NCBI GenBank assembly: GCA_945866245.1
Contig: CAMBGW010000001.1
Coordinates: 451 to 64,450, forward strand
Reading direction: 5' to 3'
Source: Verrucomicrobia subdivision 6 bacterium
GTDB taxonomy: Bacteria; Verrucomicrobiota; Verrucomicrobiia; Methylacidiphilales; Verrucolacustridaceae
DNA: 64,000 nt
The notes below the pieces were generated by a model. That model did no database searches. It was given only the letters and a program-made list of their open reading frames with translations, and was not told the DNA's origin. A program made the position numbers and the translations under genes. The stretch's first letter is position 1. Every line of letters begins with the position of its first letter. Below are positions 59,851 through 64,000 of the stretch, piece by piece.

Positions 59851-60693
59851 ATGTCTTCAGCAATCTACAGGTGGGCTGAGTTTATCAAGTTTGAGCACAC
59901 CGTGTTTGCGATGCCTTTTGGATTGGCGGCAATGTTTCTGGCGGCGGGAGGGGTGCCAAGAGGGAGTGTGCTTTTTGGAGTGGTGGTTTGCTTAGTGGGC
60001 GGGAGGACGGCGGCGATGGCATTCAATCGTTTGGCGGATTGGTCGATCGATCAGAAGAATCCACGGACGGCTGTGCGGTCGACTCTCATCTCCAAAACGA
60101 CCGCGTATGCGACGATGGTGGGGGGCGTTTTAGCTTTGGTGGGTGGGGCGTGGATTTTGAATCCGCTTTGTCTGATGTTGAGTCCGGTCGCGGTGGGGAT
60201 TGTCTTTTTTTATTCCCTGACAAAGAGGTTCACGTGGGGGTCACATGGGTTTCTGGGGTTGGCATTGGGAACGGCTCCTGTCGGGGCGTGGCTGGCGGTG
60301 AGAGGTCAGTTTGATTCGTGGGTGCCGATCGTGTTGGGGACGGCGGTGGGGTTGTGGGTGGCGGGATTCGATCTGATCTATGCGCTGCAGGATCAGGAGT
60401 TTGACCGGGAGCATGAGTTGAAAAGTTTTCCCGCTCGGTTTGGGGAAACCGCAGCATTGAAGATGGCGACAGGGTTGCATGGGCTAGCGGTGCTGGGCTT
60501 GGGAGTAGCGGGTTGGATGGCGGGTTTTGGGTGGCGATATGGGGTGGTGTGTGGGCTAATGGTGGCAGTTTTAGGGCTGGAAACCCTTTGGGCCCGAAAG
60601 AGAGAGACAAGGGGCAGGGCATTTTTTCAGGCAAATGCGGCGGTGAGTCTGCTCGTTTTGCTGGGAGTAATGTGGGAGATTTTCTGGAAATGA
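59851..60693 (+). CDS. mqnP: UbiA-like polyprenyltransferase of the futalosine pathway
   Basis: IKFEHTVFAMPF, AMAFNRLAD..ID..NPRT, YSLTKRF, GFDLIYALQD. Confidence 0.88.
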   Translation: MSSAIYRWAEFIKFEHTVFAMPFGLAAMFLAAGGVPRGSVLFGVVVCLVGGRTAAMAFNRLADWSIDQKNPRTAVRSTLISKTTAYATMVGGVLALVGGAWILNPLCLMLSPVAVGIVFFYSLTKRFTWGSHGFLGLALGTAPVGAWLAVRGQFDSWVPIVLGTAVGLWVAGFDLIYALQDQEFDREHELKSFPARFGETAALKMATGLHGLAVLGLGVAGWMAGFGWRYGVVCGLMVAVLGLETLWARKRETRGRAFFQANAAVSLLVLLGVMWEIFWK

Positions 60694-61769
60694 GCGTGTG
60701 GAAAATCATTCAAGAGAAGGTGGGAGCGGGGAAGAGGCTTTCCTTTGAGGAGGGAGTTTATCTTTTTCAGGGCGCGGATTTTCATTCCTTGGGTCAGTTA
60801 GCCGACCGAGCCAGGGAGAGGAAAGTGGGTACGCGGGCGAGTTATGTGTTTAACCGGTATTTAAACTATTCGAATGTTTGCGTGTTGAGCTGTCAGTTTT
60901 GTGCTTTTGCACGGCGAAAAAGGGAACCGGGCACATTTGAGTTATCGGTAGCAGAGATGGTGGAGGAGGGGCGAAAGGCGGTGGGGCAAGGGGCGACGGA
61001 GATTCACATTGTGGGGGGACTGCATCCGAGTCTGCCGTACAGTTTTTATTTAGACATGTTACGGGCGTTGGCTGAATTGAGGCCGCGGCCAATGTTGAAG
61101 GTTTTTACGGCGATTGAGATTCGGCATTTGGCTGGGCGAGTGGCCAAAAAGTCGATCCCTGAAGTTTTATCTGATTTGAAAGAGGCGGGATTGGATTCTT
61201 TGACCGGGGGTGGTGCGGAGATTTTCGATGCGGGAGTGAGGGATAGGATATGTCGGGGGAAGGAGTCGGGTGAGGAGTGGTTGGAGGTACATCGGATTTG
61301 GCACGGGATGGGGGGACGGAGCACGGCGACGATGTTGTATGGCCATGTGGAGACAGCGGAGCAGAGGGTGGATCATTTAGAAAAGCTGAGAGGATTGCAG
61401 GATAAGACGGGGGGTTTTACGGGATTTATTCCATTTGCCTTTGAGCCTTCGCAGACGAGGTTGGCGGAGTTGGGAAAGATCCGGAGGGCGAGTGCGTTAG
61501 AGGAGTTGCGGGTGATTGCGGCGAGTCGGTTGATTCTGGACAACTTTGATCACATCACGGCTTATTGGATTAGCACGGGATTGCCCTTGGCTCAGATCGC
61601 CTTGAGTTATGGGGCAGATGATTTGCACGGGACGATTGGGGAGGAGAAAATTTTTCATATGGCGGGGGCGCAAACGCCGAAGGGGCAGACTCGTGGAAAT
61701 TTGGAAAGTGCGATTCGGGAAGCGGGGCGGGAGCCAGTGCAGAGGAATACGTTCTACGAGATAGTTTGA
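60690..61769 (+). CDS. mqnE: Aminofutalosine synthase, radical SAM
   Basis: NVCVLSCQFCAF, EIHIVGGLHP, FTAIEI, GGGAEIF, ATMLYGH.E, HITAYW, EKIFHMAGA; start ATG 60690. Confidence 0.9.
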   Translation: MSVWKIIQEKVGAGKRLSFEEGVYLFQGADFHSLGQLADRARERKVGTRASYVFNRYLNYSNVCVLSCQFCAFARRKREPGTFELSVAEMVEEGRKAVGQGATEIHIVGGLHPSLPYSFYLDMLRALAELRPRPMLKVFTAIEIRHLAGRVAKKSIPEVLSDLKEAGLDSLTGGGAEIFDAGVRDRICRGKESGEEWLEVHRIWHGMGGRSTATMLYGHVETAEQRVDHLEKLRGLQDKTGGFTGFIPFAFEPSQTRLAELGKIRRASALEELRVIAASRLILDNFDHITAYWISTGLPLAQIALSYGADDLHGTIGEEKIFHMAGAQTPKGQTRGNLESAIREAGREPVQRNTFYEIV

Positions 61770-61792
61770 ATAGGCGAAGCCTAAAATAGGGT

Positions 61793-61821
61793 TTGCAAAT
61801 TTCGATTGGTAGGCGTATTAT
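61793..61821 (+). promoter_or_regulatory. Putative leaderless sigma70 promoter
   Basis: TTGCAA-N17-TATTAT-N7-ATG(61829). Confidence 0.65.
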
Positions 61822-61828
61822 TATAGTA

Positions 61829-62044
61829 ATGACCCTCTTAAAGCTGCTTTTTGGGGTAAGAAAGGTAAGACATCAGGGTGCAGGAGTGCCAACGGGTCAA
61901 CTTTTGGAGTACCGAGCGATCGCTATCTTGCTCATCACACTACTTGTGGGATTTGGCAGTTGGATTTGGATGAAGAGGGTAGAGCGATACTCATATACCT
62001 CCCAAAAGATTGGGCAGATTTCGACTTCATCGGGCACTGAGTAA
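61829..62044 (+). CDS. Small single-TM hypothetical protein (71 aa)
   Basis: ORF with one hydrophobic helix (AIAILLITLLVGFGSWIWM) directly after a consensus-like promoter. Confidence 0.6.
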   Translation: MTLLKLLFGVRKVRHQGAGVPTGQLLEYRAIAILLITLLVGFGSWIWMKRVERYSYTSQKIGQISTSSGTE

Positions 62045-62140
62045 GTTTGTTGCGTGGTTCTAAGGAAAATAGGAGAAGAGACGCGGCCACTTGTGTCAAA
62101 AGTGACCTACCTGTTGGTTTGAGTATGGTAGAGTTGTGGA

Positions 62141-62842
62141 ATGAGAATTGGATGTGTTCCCTATGATCATGCAAAACCTTTTGCGGGAGGTTGGGGAAAA
62201 GGTGACGTGGTCTGGGATCATCCCAAGGGGTTGGTGGGGCGGTTGAAGCGGAGTGAGGTGGATCTCGCTCTGATTCCCGTGTGGGAGGTTTTGACGGGGG
62301 GTCCTTATCGCGTGGTGGATGGTTTGGCGGTGGGATCTCGTGGGGAGGTAAGAAGTGTGGCGGTGTTTCATGAAAAGCCGTTAGCCGAGTGTCGGGGAGT
62401 TCAATTATCTCCGCGCTCGATGAGCTCGGTGCAGTTGTGGAGAGTGATTTCAAAGGGAGCTTGGGGTTTGGAGATGGAGGAGAGGCAGGATGGTGAGGCT
62501 AGGTTGAAGATCGGGGATGAGGCGTTGCGAGAGTGGAGAAAAAAAGGGGGACATGGGTTAAGTGATCTTGGGGCAGCGTGGTGGGAGTGGACGCAAAAAC
62601 CGTTTGTTTTCGGGGTATGGGCGATGCGCCAGGGTTATGTTGCAGGGTCTGGGGAGATCGAGAAATTTCGGAATGAGTGCAACCATGGGATTGAGAGGAG
62701 GGGGGAGTTGGTCCAAGGGGAGTTCGAGCGGGAGTATCTGACGAAGTGTATTCGGTATGAGTTAGGGCGGGAGGAGAAGGATGGAATGGCTGAGTTTGCT
62801 AAGAGGAGCGGGGTCGAGATGCCCAAGATCGAATATATTTAA
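62141..62842 (+). CDS. mqnA: Chorismate dehydratase
   Basis: RIGCVPY..AKP, G.V.SV, S.SSV.L, IGDEAL, DLGAAW..WT..PFVFGVW. Confidence 0.88.
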   Translation: MRIGCVPYDHAKPFAGGWGKGDVVWDHPKGLVGRLKRSEVDLALIPVWEVLTGGPYRVVDGLAVGSRGEVRSVAVFHEKPLAECRGVQLSPRSMSSVQLWRVISKGAWGLEMEERQDGEARLKIGDEALREWRKKGGHGLSDLGAAWWEWTQKPFVFGVWAMRQGYVAGSGEIEKFRNECNHGIERRGELVQGEFEREYLTKCIRYELGREEKDGMAEFAKRSGVEMPKIEYI

Positions 62843-62902
62843 GAGTGGTGGGAGCGGGAAAGGGGGTTGAGATTTTGGGGTGGGGGAAGCAGAGTTTGAG
62901 AG

Positions 62903-64000
62903 GTGAAGCTTTCTCTAATTTTTCTTTGGGGGTTGGGGATGGGGGTCAGTTGGGGTGCGGGAAAGTGGGGGATGGTGGATACAAATGGGACGTGGAGATT
63001 GTCGGAAAAGTACGAGGAGGTGGGGGAATTTCGAGGGGATTTGAAGAGATCGTTCACCCTGCCCGAGTTTTTACCGGGGGTGAAAGGAGCAAAGGTGAAG
63101 AAGTGGCTGAAGGCGGAGGGGGATGAGGTAAAGGGGGGTGAGCCATTGGCGGAGGTGGAGTTAACGGAGCCGGCGCTTCCGGTGGAGGCTCCCATCTCGG
63201 GGATGTTGGTAAAGATTGGGGTGCCGGCGGGTGGAGCGGCGATTCCGGGTTCGGCCTTGGGATCGGTCCGCAATTTGTCCCATGTGGGGATGTTTGAGAA
63301 AAAGCAGTTCGATGTGGTGTGTCCTGGGTATGGACCGAATCCTGGGTCGGCCACGTTGGTGCGGTGGATCAAGGATGAAGGCGATGCGGTGGCAAAGGGG
63401 GAGAAGATTGCCGAGGTGCGGCCGAAGGAGGCGATGGCGATGTTGCAGGCACCGGGTTCGGGGACGTTGGTGAAGATTGAGGTCAAAGATGGGGAGGAGG
63501 CAAAGGTGGGTCAGGCGGTAGCGAAGATGGGAATCGGGCGAGTGCCGGTGAAGTTGGGGGGGGAGTGGTTTTATGCGGATGAGAGGGGAACGAGAGTGAC
63601 GCAGGATCGGTATCAAGAGGTGGGCTCGATGCTCGGAGGAATGGCTCCGGTACGGGTGGGAGAGAAGTGGGCTTTCGTGGATGGCGAAGGGGGATTGATC
63701 CCTAAGGCGGCGGAGGGAAAAAAGGGAAAGGGTTTTAATCTGGGTATGGTGGAAAAAGCGGAATATGACGCTGCCCGAAAAGTTCGGGGAGGATTGGCGG
63801 CTGTCCGGGTGATGGATCGGTGGGGATATGTGGCCTATCAGGAGGGTGGAATACGCATGGCGATTGCCCCGAGGTTTCTCCAGGCGAAAGATTTCTCGGA
63901 GGGGCTGGCGGCGGTAGAGGAGAGTGAAGATGCGCCTGTGGCGGATGGCACTGAGGTGGTGAATGAGGTGAAGAGCGAGGAGGAGGCTAAAAAAGCGCAA
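62903..64000 (+). CDS. Secreted WG-repeat protein with two lipoyl-like domains, runs off the right edge
   Basis: Manual translation from GTG 62903, open to 64000: MKLSLIFLWGLGMGVSWG-AGKWGMVDTNG; lipoyl-like WLKAEGDEVKGGEPLAEVE and WIKDEGDAVAKGEKIAEV; WG repeats KWAFVD.EG, RWGYV, AKDFSEGLAAV. Confidence 0.85.
   Translation, partial: MKLSLIFLWGLGMGVSWGAGKWGMVDTNGTWRLSEKYEEVGEFRGDLKRSFTLPEFLPGVKGAKVKKWLKAEGDEVKGGEPLAEVELTEPALPVEAPISGMLVKIGVPAGGAAIPGSALGSVRNLSHVGMFEKKQFDVVCPGYGPNPGSATLVRWIKDEGDAVAKGEKIAEVRPKEAMAMLQAPGSGTLVKIEVKDGEEAKVGQAVAKMGIGRVPVKLGGEWFYADERGTRVTQDRYQEVGSMLGGMAPVRVGEKWAFVDGEGGLIPKAAEGKKGKGFNLGMVEKAEYDAARKVRGGLAAVRVMDRWGYVAYQEGGIRMAIAPRFLQAKDFSEGLAAVEESEDAPVADGTEVVNEVKSEEEAKKAQ

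Noticed and set aside
63053-63529. Pyruvate or 2-oxoglutarate dehydrogenase E2 subunit
   Set aside because: No DK lipoylation motif, has a signal peptide, and is followed by WG repeats rather than an acyltransferase domain.
62839-64000. Minus-strand ORFs of 215 aa and 279 aa in the track
   Set aside because: Antisense shadows of the + strand WG-repeat gene starting at 62903.

Overview
Bacterial chromosomal window, gene-dense and mostly housekeeping. Gene content and order suggest Verrucomicrobiota (inference). It holds cstA, a membrane pyrophosphatase, marR-tolC-pgeF, umuDC, an ABC-F ATPase, folE2, aroB-dprA-topB-xerC-waaA, a long minus-strand lipid/translation block (fabD-fabG-acpP-fabF-rpmE-prfA-prmC-coaD-yceD-rpmF-plsX-fabH), holA, rpsA-frr, tRNA-His, coaE-rho-galE-hprK-ptsH-ptsI-lysS, accA/accD/folC, sdhCAB and futalosine-pathway genes (mqnP/mqnE/mqnA). 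I found no intact mobile element, prophage or CRISPR array. The most unusual items are: (i) a secreted WG-repeat protein with two inserted lysine-less lipoyl-like domains at the right edge, absent from the ORF track; (ii) a second, divergent CLF-like/ACP/ketosynthase mini-cluster; (iii) a duplicated GGGGTCAG plus palindrome scar between folE2 and aroB; (iv) widespread leaderless-type promoters and two probable CTG-start coupled genes; (v) a structured rpsA leader; (vi) an RGG-rich N-terminal tail on Rho; (vii) strong G-over-C skew on the + strand. All calls were made by eye with no database searches.
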